Source: Chiloscyllium plagiosum (taxonomy: Eukaryota). Taken from it: 64,000 bases of DNA. How positions within the stretch are numbered: the stretch's first letter is position 1; each line of letters begins with the position of its first letter. The position numbers and the translations under genes are program-made. Location of the stretch: positions 28,456,377 to 28,520,376 of the forward strand of contig NC_057718.1 in assembly GCF_004010195.1 (NCBI RefSeq). The letters are read 5' to 3'. This document shows positions 51,850-63,854 of the stretch, piece after piece. The notes below the pieces were generated by a model, which worked only from the letters and a program-made list of their open reading frames with translations, was not told where the DNA came from and did no database searches.

Positions 51850-52646
51850 CTATGTCAGTAGCTATGTGATAAGCCAGGCTCTTTGTATGTGCCTTCGAAA
51901 CATGTGGATTTGAGCAGGGCACCGGCAGCCTTTCCTTTTTGCTGCTTCCCATCTCTCCACCTAAGAATGTTGTCTGCTCAAGATTGATTGTGTGACAGTG
52001 TACGGAGCATTTTAAAGTAACACCTCTGTTTAAGCAGTGTATCGAAAAGAATGAGATATCAAGTTTAGATTTAAACTGACTCACTGAGAACTTACGTCTT
52101 CGATAACTGCAATGGATTTACCCACCTGTTTAGGATTGCAAATTATATTTTTTTGTTATTACTTTCCCTTGAGCTAACATTAGAAAAATTTAACCTCCTC
52201 TACTCTGCCACTTCTCTTTTTGAATCTGTGGTTCTGAGTGTGTTTGTATTAGGGTGGTGACATTTAGTCTAGTAAAGTTAACTTGTTATACTCAATAACA
52301 CCTGCCTGACCAGTTCTTTCAAAATATCAGCATGTGAACAGATAAGTAGTGTCATTAAATTGTAATTATGGACTATTAATCTTTGATTTAACAGTTAATT
52401 AGTAATAGTTACTGTATCTATTATTCTGTTAAGTTTCCAATTGAGTTAAATTATTCTAAATTCCTCTTTGGTTTTATTTTAACTACAGTGTTTAAATAAA
52501 TTCTATTTTGCTTAATGTCGAGTGGTTTGACCAGTTTTATTGCATCTGGAATACACACTTTACATTTGCCTTTAAAATAAGAAAAAACTATGAGTGCAGG
52601 CTACCTTCTTAAAATATTTTGAGGTGTTCTAGTCCAGCCCATAATA
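51850..52646 (-). mobile_element. Possible solo LTR (Gypsy-type)
   Basis: Minus strand begins tattatgggctggactagaacacctcaaaatattttaagaaggtagcc, resembling shark LTR starts (recall only); left boundary uncertain. Confidence 0.3.
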
Positions 52647-52875
52647 ATACATTGACTGCTGATACGAACGATCTGATTGTAAAAATCTATATTCATTTTG
52701 AGATACTTCAGTCAAATTTCCTATTGAAATGAAACATGTTTTGTAATCTACTGAAATACCCTTTTAGCAGCTGTATGTTACTGTGTCTCTTGTCTTCAAT
52801 GAAGGGAAGTCTTGTGGTGGAGTGGGTAGTGTCCCTGCCTCCGAATAAGAACCTCAAGTTCAAGTTCAAGTCCAA

Positions 52876-53364
52876 GTTATAGGACGGATGTTGTGAAACT
52901 TGAAAGGATTCAGAAAAGATTTACAAGGATGTTACCAGGATTGGATGGTTTGAGCTATAGGGAGAGACTGAATAGGCTAAGGCTATTTTCCCTGGGGTGT
53001 TGAAGGCTGAGAGGTGACCTTATAGATGTTTATTAAATAATGAGGGATGGATAGGGTAAATCGACAAGGTCTTTTCCCTGGGGTGGAGGAGTCCAGAACT
53101 AGAGGGCATAGGTTAAGGATGAGAAGGGAAAAATTTAAAAGGGACTTAAGGGGCAACACGCAGAGGGTGATGCATGTATGGAATGAACTGCCAGAGAAAG
53201 TGGTGCACAATTACAACATTTAAGGGGCATATGAATAGGGAGGGTTCAGAGGGATTTGGGCCAAATCCTGGCAAATGGGATGAGATTAATTTAGGATATT
53301 TGGTTGGCATGGACGAGTTGGACCGAAGGGTGTTTCCATCCTGTACAGGTCTGTCACTCTATGA
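52876..53364 (+). mobile_element. CR1 3' end
   Basis: gatgttgtgaaacttgaaagg..gaggtgaccttatag..ctctatgac. Confidence 0.85.
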
Positions 53365-53857
53365 CCTGAGACTTGCAGTTGAAAGAAAACATTTTAATTG
53401 AGCCAGGCCACTGACCTTTATAGAAGTCACCTAAATGACAAGCTGATTAAGCTCCACAGGAAAGTACAAATGGATGCTAAATGACAGTCCTGCTGTTGTG
53501 AATCCTGGAGATCATAAATAAATAAAAACAGAAACCGCTGAAGAAACTCAGCAGGTCTGGTAGCATCTGTGAAGACAGAAAAAAAGTGAGCATTTTGAGT
53601 GCCATGACACTTATCTGGAACGGAACAGGACTAGAAGAATACATGGTATTTATGTTGTTGACAAAAGGGGAGGAAGAGTGAGTGGAGCAGATAGTGAGGA
53701 TACATGCAAAACAATAGAGAGAGGACATGTCCTAGCCTTTAGTCAGAATGGGTATGCAATGAATGAGACAGCAGGCTTACTGTGAGAATTGCAGTGGAAT
53801 AAAGAGTGATACTTAATCAATTGGCTGGATATGGATGACGAGATTCCTGCAGGAATT

Positions 53858-54462
53858 ATGCAGTCTTCTTCAGTGAGTGCTTGGATTCTCTCCTTGTTGG
53901 GAATGAGGTTTGTAATGTCAGGGACCCCTCCACCTGTATGGGCTCTCTCTGTCTCGTTATGTTCTCCTCTAATGAGAAAGAGATGAATTTAGTGAGAGGA
54001 AAGTGGGTAGCATAGCTGTTAGCCCAGGTGCAGGTGGGCAAAATGTGCTACGGTGTCCCTTGTCAGTGGGTAGGCTGCACAGAATGGATGAGTGGTATGG
54101 GAGTTTGGAGTCCTGAGGGTGAATGAGGGAAGGCATCACAGAGAACTATGAAAGTGGGGGAGCATGACCCTTGAGGGGATGTGGGTGCAGTCACAGAGAT
54201 AGGATGAGGTAACAGAGGGAGGAGTTTAGCACTTAACTTGGTATTGCAGAGAAGGTGATTGCCCTTTTTACAGCATTACTGACTGTTGTTCCACAGCGTG
54301 GATAAACCACTGTCCTGGGTGGCAATCTCAGATCAGGCTGCCAGGCTCCCTTCTCTGCAGGTTGTTTGGGAAGTGAGGTCCTCACCTTTGCACCTTTGCC
54401 TTGACCAAGATCTCCAGGTCCCTGTCAAAGAACAGGGGTACAGTCTTCCCCTTCTCCAACAT
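53858..54462 (-). pseudogene. Decayed PIF/Harbinger transposon Myb/SANT-like ORF, two exons
   Basis: Segment 54462-54238 reads MLEKGKTVPLFFDRDLEILV..A*SEIATQ..NSQ*CCKKGNHLL then gttaagt. Segment 53968-53858 reads EHNETERAHTGGGVPDITNL..ERIQAL after ttag. Confidence 0.65.
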
Positions 54463-56425
54463 CTTCAGGAAACATCCCTGACCAGACAGTCTCAGAATAT
54501 CAGTGCTTGTCCAGATGCACAGTGGCTTTTTAAAAAGGATACAGAAAGGATAGATGCCAGTTAGTTGGTTACCTGCTGATTAGCAAGTTGTTCTGGGAAT
54601 GGATGTGGTAAGATGTGGCAAGAATCAGACGTGAAGGACATCATAGAGGCGAGCTAGATAATTAATGTGACACGTAAGATATGGCAAAAAATCTTGCTAG
54701 GCCTCACGGCAGGAATCCCGCCTAAACATTCGATGCAATTCGCAATTAGCCAAAGAAACCCTTTTTTTTCTGTTGGTTAGCCAATTCCTGCATTCCCTGT
54801 GAAAATGCAATTGTCATTGCTATTGCGTGGTACCTGGATTAATGGATTTTGGAAATCCAAATACACTATAACTACCAGTTCCCCCCTTTCCACTGTATTG
54901 ATAACTATACATGTAAACAAAAGATGACTTGGTGATGGGATACCAGCCTCTGGATCTATTTCAATAGGAACCCTAGGATTGCAAATAGTGGACTAGATAA
55001 ACAATGAGGCATTACTGGAATGCATAAGAGTTTCTTTATTTTTCTGTAGATCAAGACATGAGTTATTTTTAAAACTGGATTTGAATGTGCATTTTATAAT
55101 GGCTGTTGTATTTGCATTGTGAGTAAGAGGCCAAGTGATGGTCAGAAACAGGGGAATGTAAGGAATGTAGAGTTTTCACAGAGGACTTCAGCCCATCATG
55201 TCCACACCACTGTCATCAAGTATCTATCATAATCCCATTTTCCAACACTTGGTCCATAGCCTTGTATGCTATTTTTCACGTGCTCATCTAAATAATCTTA
55301 AATATTTGCCTCTATTCCCCTTTTAGGCAGTAAGTTTCAGATACCCTCAACATTCCGAGTGAAGATTTATTTTCTTAAATCCCCTCTAAACTTCCTGCTT
55401 CTTAGTTTAAAACTGTGCTGGCTGGTTATTGACCACACTACTCGGGGGAAATGTCCTTCCCTGTCGATGCTGTCAATGCTGAAACACTCGCCTGGGTTTC
55501 TAGATTCCTAGTCCAGTGACATTGCCAACACACAATCCTTCCCCATATATCTTCAAAGAACTCTGATAAATTTATCAAATACAATTTCCCTTTATAATTC
55601 TCTTTCCCACGTTGCCCCTGCCTGATTCTATCAACATTTTATAAATGTCATGTTGCTACCTCTTTAGTAATAGATTCTAGCAATTTTCTGATGACTGATA
55701 TAAAACTAACTGGTGTATAGTTTGCTGCTTTTGTTGCCCTAATTTTGTGAATCATGGCATTATATTTAGCACCCATTGGGACATTTCCAGAATCTAGGGA
55801 ATTATGGAAAATTAAGTAATGCATCCATTATGTCTGCAGTCCCTTCCTTTACGACCCTAGGATGCAAGCCACTGGGTCCAGGGGACTTGTTGGTCTTTAG
55901 CTCCATTAGCTATCCTGGTATTCTTTTCTCCAAGATCATGATTACTTTAATGTCCTGTCCCCAGGTTAACAGGTTTTAAGCGAGTAAACAAGTGGGAAAG
56001 AAAGGAAGGTAAAGAACAAAGGGAAGGTTTATTTGGGTGGAAGGCAAGAGAGATTGGTTAACAGACATGAGAATGATACAAGGGATAGGAAGCGAAGAAG
56101 GAAAGCATAGGTCTTGAGAGATGGAAATGTGAATAGCAAAATCACTTAGCTGCCATTTGAAAAAGTAGTTGTAGTTCACCTAATCAAAAGATGCTGTTCC
56201 TCAGGCACTGCAGACGTCCCAAGGGTGGAAAATTCTGATAGGGAGTGGGATGAAGAATTAAAATGATGGGTGACCAGAATCCTGGGGATGCCTGTTAACT
56301 GAGTGTAAGTGTTTCGCAAAGTTGTCACCCCATCTGCCCTTTGAGCTCTCCCAATGTGCCCCGACTTAAGGAGAGAATGCGGCATACTAAATTGGAAAAA
56401 GTACAAGCAAATGGCTGTTTTCTCT

Positions 56426-57768
56426 GGAGTCATAGAGATGTACAGCATGGAAGCAGACCCTTTGGTCCAACCTGTCCATGCCAACCAGATATCCCAACCC
56501 AATCTAGTCCCACCTGCCAGCACCCGGCCCATATCCCTCCAAACCCTTCCTATTCATATACCCATCCAAATGCCTCTTTAATGTTGCAATTGTACCAGCC
56601 TCCACCACTTTCCCTGGCAGCTCATTCCATACACGTACCACCCTCTGCATGAAAAAGTTACCCCTTAGGTCTCTTTTATATCTTTCCCCTCTCACCCTAA
56701 ACCTATGCCCTCTAGTTCTGGACTCCCCTACCCTAGGGAAAAGATATTGCCTATTTATCCTATCCATGCCCCTCATAATTTTGTAACCCTCTATAAGGTC
56801 ACCCCTCAGCCTCCGACGCTCCAGGGAAAACAGCCCCAGCCTGTTTTGCCACTCCCTATAGGTCAAATCCTCCAACCCTGGCAACATCCTTGTAAATCTT
56901 TTCTGAACCCTTGCAAGTTTCACAACATCTTTCCAATAGGAAGACCAGAATTGCACGCAATGTTCCAACAGTGGCCTAACCAATGTCCTGCACAGCCGCA
57001 ACATGACCTCCCAACTCCTGTACTCAATACTCTGACCAATAAAGGAAAGCATACCAAACGCCTTCTTCACTATCCTATCTAACTGCGACTCCACTTTCAA
57101 GGAGCTATGAACCTGCAATCCAAGGTCTCTTTGTTCAGCAACACTCCATGGGGCGTTACCATTAAGTGTATAAGTCCTGCTAAGATTTGCTTTCCCAAAA
57201 TGCAGCACCTCGCATTTATCTGAATTAAACCCCATCTGCCACTTCTCAGCCCATTGACCAATCTGGTCCTGTTGTAATCTGAGGTAACCCTCTTCGCTGT
57301 CCACTACACCTCCAATTTTGGTGTCATCTGCAAACTTACTAACTGTACCTCTTATGCTCGCATCCAAATCATTTATGTAAATGACAAAAAGTAGAGGACC
57401 CAGCACGGATCCTTGTGGCACTCCACTGGTCACAGGCCTCCAGTCTGAAAACAACCCTCCACCACCACCCTCTGTCTTCTACTTTGAGCCAGTTTTGTAT
57501 CCAAATGGTTAGTTCTCCCTGTATTCCACGAGATCTAATCTTGCTAATCAGTCTCCCGTGGGAAACCTTGTCGAACGCCTTACTGAAATCCATATAGATC
57601 ACGTCCACCGTTCTGTCCTCATCAATCCTCTTTGTTACTTCTTCAAAAGACTCAATCAAGTTTGTGAGACATGATTTCCCACACACAAAGCCATGTTGAC
57701 TATCCCTAATCAGTACTTTCCAAGTACATGTACATCCTGTCCCTCAGGATTCCCACCAACAACTTGCC
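56426..57768 (-). mobile_element. Young CR1 (HER1-like) RT 3' half with a 316-aa open frame
   Basis: ORF 56504-57454 GVPQGSVLGP..KFADDTK..RLRGDL..RTRGH..VWNELP. Confidence 0.93.
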
Positions 57769-57769
57769 T

Positions 57770-59400
57770 GGAGTCCTGGATGTTGGGAAGGAAGAAAGGA
57801 AAAAGGTTGACTTTGCTGCACCTCTACTTGAATGTGAAGTCAAGGATTTGGTGGGAGTGATAAATAAATAGACCTGGGTGTCTTAGAGTGAATGAACTCC
57901 TTGGAATGCTAAAAGCGAAGGTAATTTGCTTGGTGGCATCGCAATAATTTGGAGAATGATATGTTGACTGCAAACGATAAGAAAAAGGGAACATAAATAG
58001 AAATTGCTGAATAAACACAGCAGGTCTGGCAGCAACTCTGGAATGACACTTCTTCAGTGAACCTACTGAGTTTCTCCAACAATTTCTGTTTTTAGTTCTT
58101 ATTTCTAGCATCTGCAGTTCTTCAGGTTTTTTTAATAGGAGAAAGGGGACCGCTATCATGATACTGGAAGGAAGGGGATGGCGTCAGAACAGAAGTAGAG
58201 AGAATGGGACAGACACAGTAAGTCCTATAATTCTTGGTGGAAGGGAGCTCTTGGCTGAGAAAAATGAACCTAATCAAAACGCTTGTATGGAACTTGACGT
58301 TGAAGAAATGTTCAGTCAGACAATAGTATTCCTTTTACACACACAAGGTGCCTTTATTACTTGCAATGCAAGGGACCCATTCTTAGAGGGTCAAAGGTCC
58401 CCCTTGCTTGGAGATTCTGCCTTTCACCAGTTACAATCTTGTTTTATACACAATTCTGCATCAAATGTATGTTGGTTTCTTCTTATTGACCAATTATGTA
58501 TTGAATTTCAAGTCTTGACAACACAATAGACCCATCATATTCCACTTTGGATGCACTCACTTAAGATGAGGTCATTTGCCTTCGATTCCCACCACAGAAG
58601 TTAAATTTGGTTCACAGCTTCATCTGTGCTTAAACTGGAGCAAGTTATAGTTTACTATATGTCTAACTACTGAACATCTATCTTTTACATGGAACAAATT
58701 ATGGTCAGTGCTGCTCCACATGTATCTTGTTTTGAACCCGTCTGTCTTGTTTGAATTGTCTTTTTTTATTTTAACACCATCCACATTTGTATTTTCAGAA
58801 CCGATATGATGGATTTGGAGAATCTGGAGAATGGAATTGAGATTTTACAGGAAAGAGGATGGAAAAGGCAAGTAGTTGAGATATCTGTGGTTTACAATGT
58901 ATGGATATCAGTTTATAGCCTATCCCCAGAAATGGAGACAGAGAAACAGATGACAAGAAAAGTGAGAGATGTGAAATTGAGGGAGCAGTGGAAATTGGAA
59001 TCAAAACTAAATAAGTTTTCCAATTCAGGATAGGAGCACAAATTGGCACCAGTCCAAGGACTATCAAAAAAAGGTTGAGGGATAGAACTTGAGTCCATAT
59101 TCCCCAATAGAGGGGTGGCATAGTTAGGGCACATATGGGTTCCCACAGCAACTTTTTTTATTTGAAGGATAAGATTGGAGTGAAAGGAGAAGTTGTTCAA
59201 ATTTGAAAAGAGATTCAACAGGCAGAACAGGATGACAGAGATTGAGAACTGGTTGAGCCTTTGTTTAAGGAAGAAGCACTAGTGTCAAGCTAATCTGGTG
59301 AGGTATTAGAGGGATGACCGTGCCTCATCAAAATGAGATAAAAGGTCAGGAAATGGAAAGTTCTTAAAGTTGCAGAAGCAATTGGATATAGGTTGGAAAA
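57770..59400 (-). mobile_element. Old PLE RT remnant, also 55980-56400
   Basis: LNNFSF..QIKKVAVGTHMCPNYA and NFHCSLNFT resemble PLE RT GVAMGT/NFHPALKFT motifs. Confidence 0.6.
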
Positions 59401-59646
59401 GACTGGACAACAGGAAAATGATAAATTTCAGATAGAGAGAAACTAGTTCTGTGAGTGACAAATATCAACTGTGTTTATATAAGGAGTAAGTGATGGAAAC
59501 ATATAGATCTGGCACATAGAAAAAAATGCAAGATTAACACATTACTAGAAGTACTGACTCTGAAATATTTCCAAGTTTCCTAGGTCTTATTTCAAATTCC
59601 ACATGTTTTTAGTTTCCATTTCTCCCATTTTCTTGTTTTTATATTG

Positions 59647-60062
59647 GGAGGTGATGCCCTAGTGGAATCATTAGTCTATTAATCCAAAGACCCAAATACT
59701 GTCCCAGTGACCTGAGTTCATAATTGCCATGGCAGAAGTATAATTTGAATTCAATAACTAAAACTTTGGAATCTAGAGTCTGATAGGGAAAAAGCCATTT
59801 GGTTCAGTAATGTCCTTTGAGGAAGGTATTTGCCACCCTTACTTGGTCTGGTCTGCATGTGACTCCAGACCCATTGCATTTGTGGTTGACTCTGAACTGC
59901 CCTTGGGGCAATTAGGAATGGGCTGGAAATGTGTTGCTGGAAGAGCGCAGCAGGTCAGGCAGTATCCAGGGAATAGGAGAATCGACGTTTCGGGCATAAG
60001 CCCTTCTTCAGGAAACGACCTCACTTTCTCCTCAGCAATTAGGAATGGGCATTGAATTCCCC
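59647..60062 (+). mobile_element. Deu-SINE-like SINE containing a 111-bp PLE micro-insert (59924-60034)
   Basis: SINE core gtgactccagaccc..tgtggttgactct; insert flanked by 16-bp TSD gcaattaggaatgggc (59908-59923 and 60035-60050), hammerhead on the minus strand at 59982-60013. Confidence 0.8.
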
Positions 60063-60124
60063 ATGCCTTATCTGGCTGCCAATAATAACAACACAAATCC
60101 ATATTTGAAAATAAGATTGAGGAT

Positions 60125-60375
60125 TTTTCAATTAAAATGTGGCTAGACTGCAAACCAATTTAGACCAGTGAGCACAGACAGGGTGTTGACTGAATGGGAT
60201 TTGCTGCAAGTTAAAACATGGGCAGCAGAGTTCTGAGGCCCTAAATTGCAGAGTGTAGGTTGCAGGAAGCCAGCGAGAATTGCATTGGAATAGTCGAGCC
60301 TAGACATCACAAAAGGTACGGTTAAGGGTTTTAGCAGCAGCTGAGCTGAGACAGGGACAGAGTCGGGCAATGTGT
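60125..60375 (-). mobile_element. L2 LINE fragment
   Basis: FVMSRLDYSNAILAG..QNSAAHVLT..LNW, an L2 RT C-terminal signature. Confidence 0.75.
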
Positions 60376-60571
60376 TGGTGAGAAGTGCTGGGAAGTGTTG
60401 AACTTCAAAGGGATTTGAGTGGCTTTGTTGATGAGATAACATGCAGGTATGGCAAAAAATTAAGAAGGCAAATGGTATGTTGGGCTTTATTATAAGAGGA
60501 TTTGATTTGATTGCTTTTGTTCCAAGATGGCAGATCAGGAGCTGGAGCTCCTCCAAACTGTTCATTTCTTT

Positions 60572-62001
60572 TAGAGTCATAGAGTCGTAGAGATGCACAG
60601 CATGGAAACAGACCCTTTGGTCCAACCCATCCTTACAAACCAGATATCCCAACCCAATCTAGTCCCACTTGCCAGCAACTGGCCCATATCTCACCAAATC
60701 CCTCCTATTCATATACCCATGCAGATGCCTTTTAAGTGTTGCAATTGTACTAGCCACCACCATTTCCTCTGGCAGCTCACACTTATCACTCTCTGCGTGA
60801 AAAAGTTGCCCTTAGGTCTCTTTTATATTTTTCCATCTCACCCTAACCCCATGCCTTCTAGTTCTGGACTCCCCCATCCCAGGGAAAAGTCTTTTGTCTA
60901 CTTATCCTATCCATGCTCCTCATGATTTTATAAACCTCTGTAAGGTCACCCCTCAGCCTCAGATGCTCCAGGGAAAACAGCCCCAGCCTATTCAACCTAT
61001 TCCAAGATTCAAATCCTCCAACTCTGACAACATCCTTGTAAATCTTTTGTGAGCCCTTGTAAGTTTCACAACATCTTTCTTATAGGAAGGAGATCAGAAT
61101 TGCATGCAATATTCCAACAGTGGCCTAACCAATGTCCTCTACAGCCACAACATGACCTCCCAGCTCTATACTCACTGCTCTGACCAATAAAGGTAAGCAT
61201 ACCAAACGCCTTCTTCACTATCCTATCTACCTGCGACTCCACTTTCAAGGAGCAATGAACCTGCACTCCAAGGTCTCTTTGTTCAGCAACACTCCCAAGG
61301 ACCTTACCATTAAGTGTATAAGTCCTGCTAAGATTTGCTTTCCCAAAATGCAGCACCTCGCATTTATCTAAATTAAACTTCATCTGGCACTTCTCAGCCC
61401 ATTGGCCCATCTGATCAAGATCCTGTTGTAATCTGAAATAACCTTCTTTGCTGTCCCATACACCTCCAATTTTGGTGTCATCTGTAAACTTACTAATTAT
61501 ACCTCTTATGCTCACATCCAAATCATTTATATAAATGATGAAAAGTAGAGGACCCAGCACTGATCCTTGTGGCACTCCACTGGTCACAGGCCTCCAGTCT
61601 GAAAAACAAACATCCGCCACCACCCTCTGTCTTCTACCTTTGAGCCAGTTCTATATCCAAATGGCTAGTTCTCCCCGTATTTCATGAGATCTAACCTTGC
61701 TAATCAGTCTCCCATGGGGAACCTTGTTTAATGCCTTACTGAAGTCCAGATAGATCACATCTACCACTCTGCCCTCATCAATCCTCTTTGTTACTTCTTC
61801 AAAAGACTCAATCAAGTTTGTGAGACATGATTTCCCATGTACAAAGCCATGTTGACTATCCCTAATCAGTCCTTGCCTTCCAAAGTACATGTCCATCCTG
61901 TCTTTCAGGATTCCCTCCAACAACTTGCCCACCATCGATGTCAGGCTCACTGATCTATAGTTCCCTGGCTTGTCCTTACCACCCTTCTTAAACAGTGGCA
62001 G
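60572..62001 (-). mobile_element. Young CR1 (HER1-like) RT
   Basis: ORFs 61066-61623 and 61651-62004 with RT motifs. Confidence 0.93.
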
Positions 62002-62111
62002 CACTTTTCCTTATTTCTCTTTTCCTGTTTTTTTCTCTTTCTACTTACTTCCCATTCACGGTCTCAGTGGCAGTGAGTTGAGCCAGCACTGATTCGAGAA
62101 GAAGCACATTG

Positions 62112-63085
62112 CAGACTTGAGGACTCCCTACGTCGGGGTGAAACCCAGCTCAGACTTGAGAACTCCCTGCCTCAAGATGAAACCGAGCACAGACATGAGG
62201 ACTCCCTGCCTCGAGGTGAAAGCCAGCTCAGACTCGAGGACTCCCTACCTTGAGGTAAAGGCCAGCTCAGACTCGAGGACTCCCTGCCTCAAGGTGAAAC
62301 CCAGCACAGACTTGAGGACTCCCTGCCTCGAGGTGAAACCCAGCACAGACTTGAGGACTCCCTCCCTTGAGGTAAAGCCCAACTTAGACTCGAGGACTCC
62401 TTGCCTCGAGGTGAAACCCAGCACAGACTTGAGGACTCATGGGCGGCACGGTGGCACAGTGGTTAGCACTGCTGCCTCACAGCGCCTGAGACCCGGGTTC
62501 AATTCCCGCCTCAGGCGACTGACTGTGTGGAGTTTGCACGTTCTCCCCGTGTCTGCGTGGGTTTCCTCCAGGTGCTCCGGTTTCCTCCCACAGTCCAAAA
62601 GATGTGCAGGGTCAGGTGAATTGGCCATGCTAAATTGCCCGTAGTGTTAGGTAAGTGGTAAATGTAGGGGTATGGGTGGGCTTCGCTTCGGCGGGTCGGT
62701 GTGGACTTGTTGGGCCGAAGGGCCTGTTTCCACACTGTAATGTAATGTAATCTAATCTAATCTAATCTAAACCAGGAGCTAAGGACTCCCTGCCTCGAGG
62801 TGAAACCCAGCTCAGACTTGAGGACTCCCTGCCTCGAGGTGAAACCCAGCTCAGACTTGTGGACTCCCTACCTTGAGGTAAAGCCCAGCTCAGACTCGAG
62901 AACTCCTTGCCTCGAGGTGAAACCCAGCACAGACTTGAGGACTACCTGCCTCAAGGTGCAGCCCAGCTCAGACTCGAGGACTCCCTGCTTCGAGGTGAAA
63001 CCCAGCTCAGACTCGAGGACTCCCTACCTTGAGGTGAAGCCCAGCTCAGACTCGAGGGCTCTCCACCTCGAGGTAAAGCTCTGCA
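62112..63085 (+). repeat. 39-bp minisatellite (~16 units) split by a SINE
   Basis: Unit agacttgaggactccctgcctcgaggtgaaacccagcac; about 8 units on each side of the SINE. Confidence 0.92.
62441..62770 (+). mobile_element. HE1-like V-SINE, full length
   Basis: gggcggcacggtggcacagtggttagc...gggccgaagggcctgtttcc...(taatc)n; near-identical to 33796-34110. Confidence 0.9.
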
Positions 63086-63854
63086 TAGACTCGTCTGTTC
63101 CATCTGCTTTTATTTTGTTTTCACTCTTTCTCTGCTTTAGAACTACTGTTATGCTGAATTTTGAACTTCATTTCTTTATTTTTTCCAATTTATACCTAAG
63201 CTTTTGTACCTAGGCACCTTTGTACCTAAGGTGGTGCTGGAAATGGTGATGTTGTACACTTTTCACTGTACTCATGTATCAATGGAATTGAATACATGTG
63301 ACAATAAAACCTAATTCTAATCCTGAGTATTGGATTAAAAGATTTCTTACTGCAATTATATCGTTAGAGCTTACTTGGATTATTGTATGCAGTTTTGGTC
63401 TCCTTACCGAAAGAAAGATATATTTTGGGGAGTTCCCCAAAATAACTCCTGGGATAGTGAGATCATTCTATAAGGAGAAATCACATAGATTTGGTGTTTA
63501 TTATCTGGAGTTTAGAAGAATTAAAGGTTATCTCATTTAAAACTCAAAATTCATGCAGGGCTTGACAAGATAGATAATGGAAGGCTGGTTCCCCTGGTTG
63601 AGAAATCTAGAACTGGGGTACAGTCTTGGAATATGGAGGCAGGTTATTTAGCATATAGAAACACAGAAAGTAGGAACAGAAGTAGCCCTTTCAGCCTGCT
63701 CTACTATTCAATATGATCATTAAATGAACATAGGAAGTATAGTTGGTAGGTTTGCAGCTGACACCAAAATTGGAGGTGTTGTGGACACCAAGTATGGTGA
63801 CGAAACGTCTGAAAATGAACCTTCCAGCTCAGCAAGCAAACCTACATCCAGAAC

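Noticed and set aside
56504..57454. 316-aa RT ORF as an active or domesticated gene
   Set aside because: 5'-truncated CR1 copy lacking the endonuclease, with a frameshift immediately upstream.
62112..63085. Minisatellite as a CRISPR array or a repeat-protein gene
   Set aside because: Units are contiguous with no unique spacers, the context is eukaryotic, and there is no supported start or splice structure.
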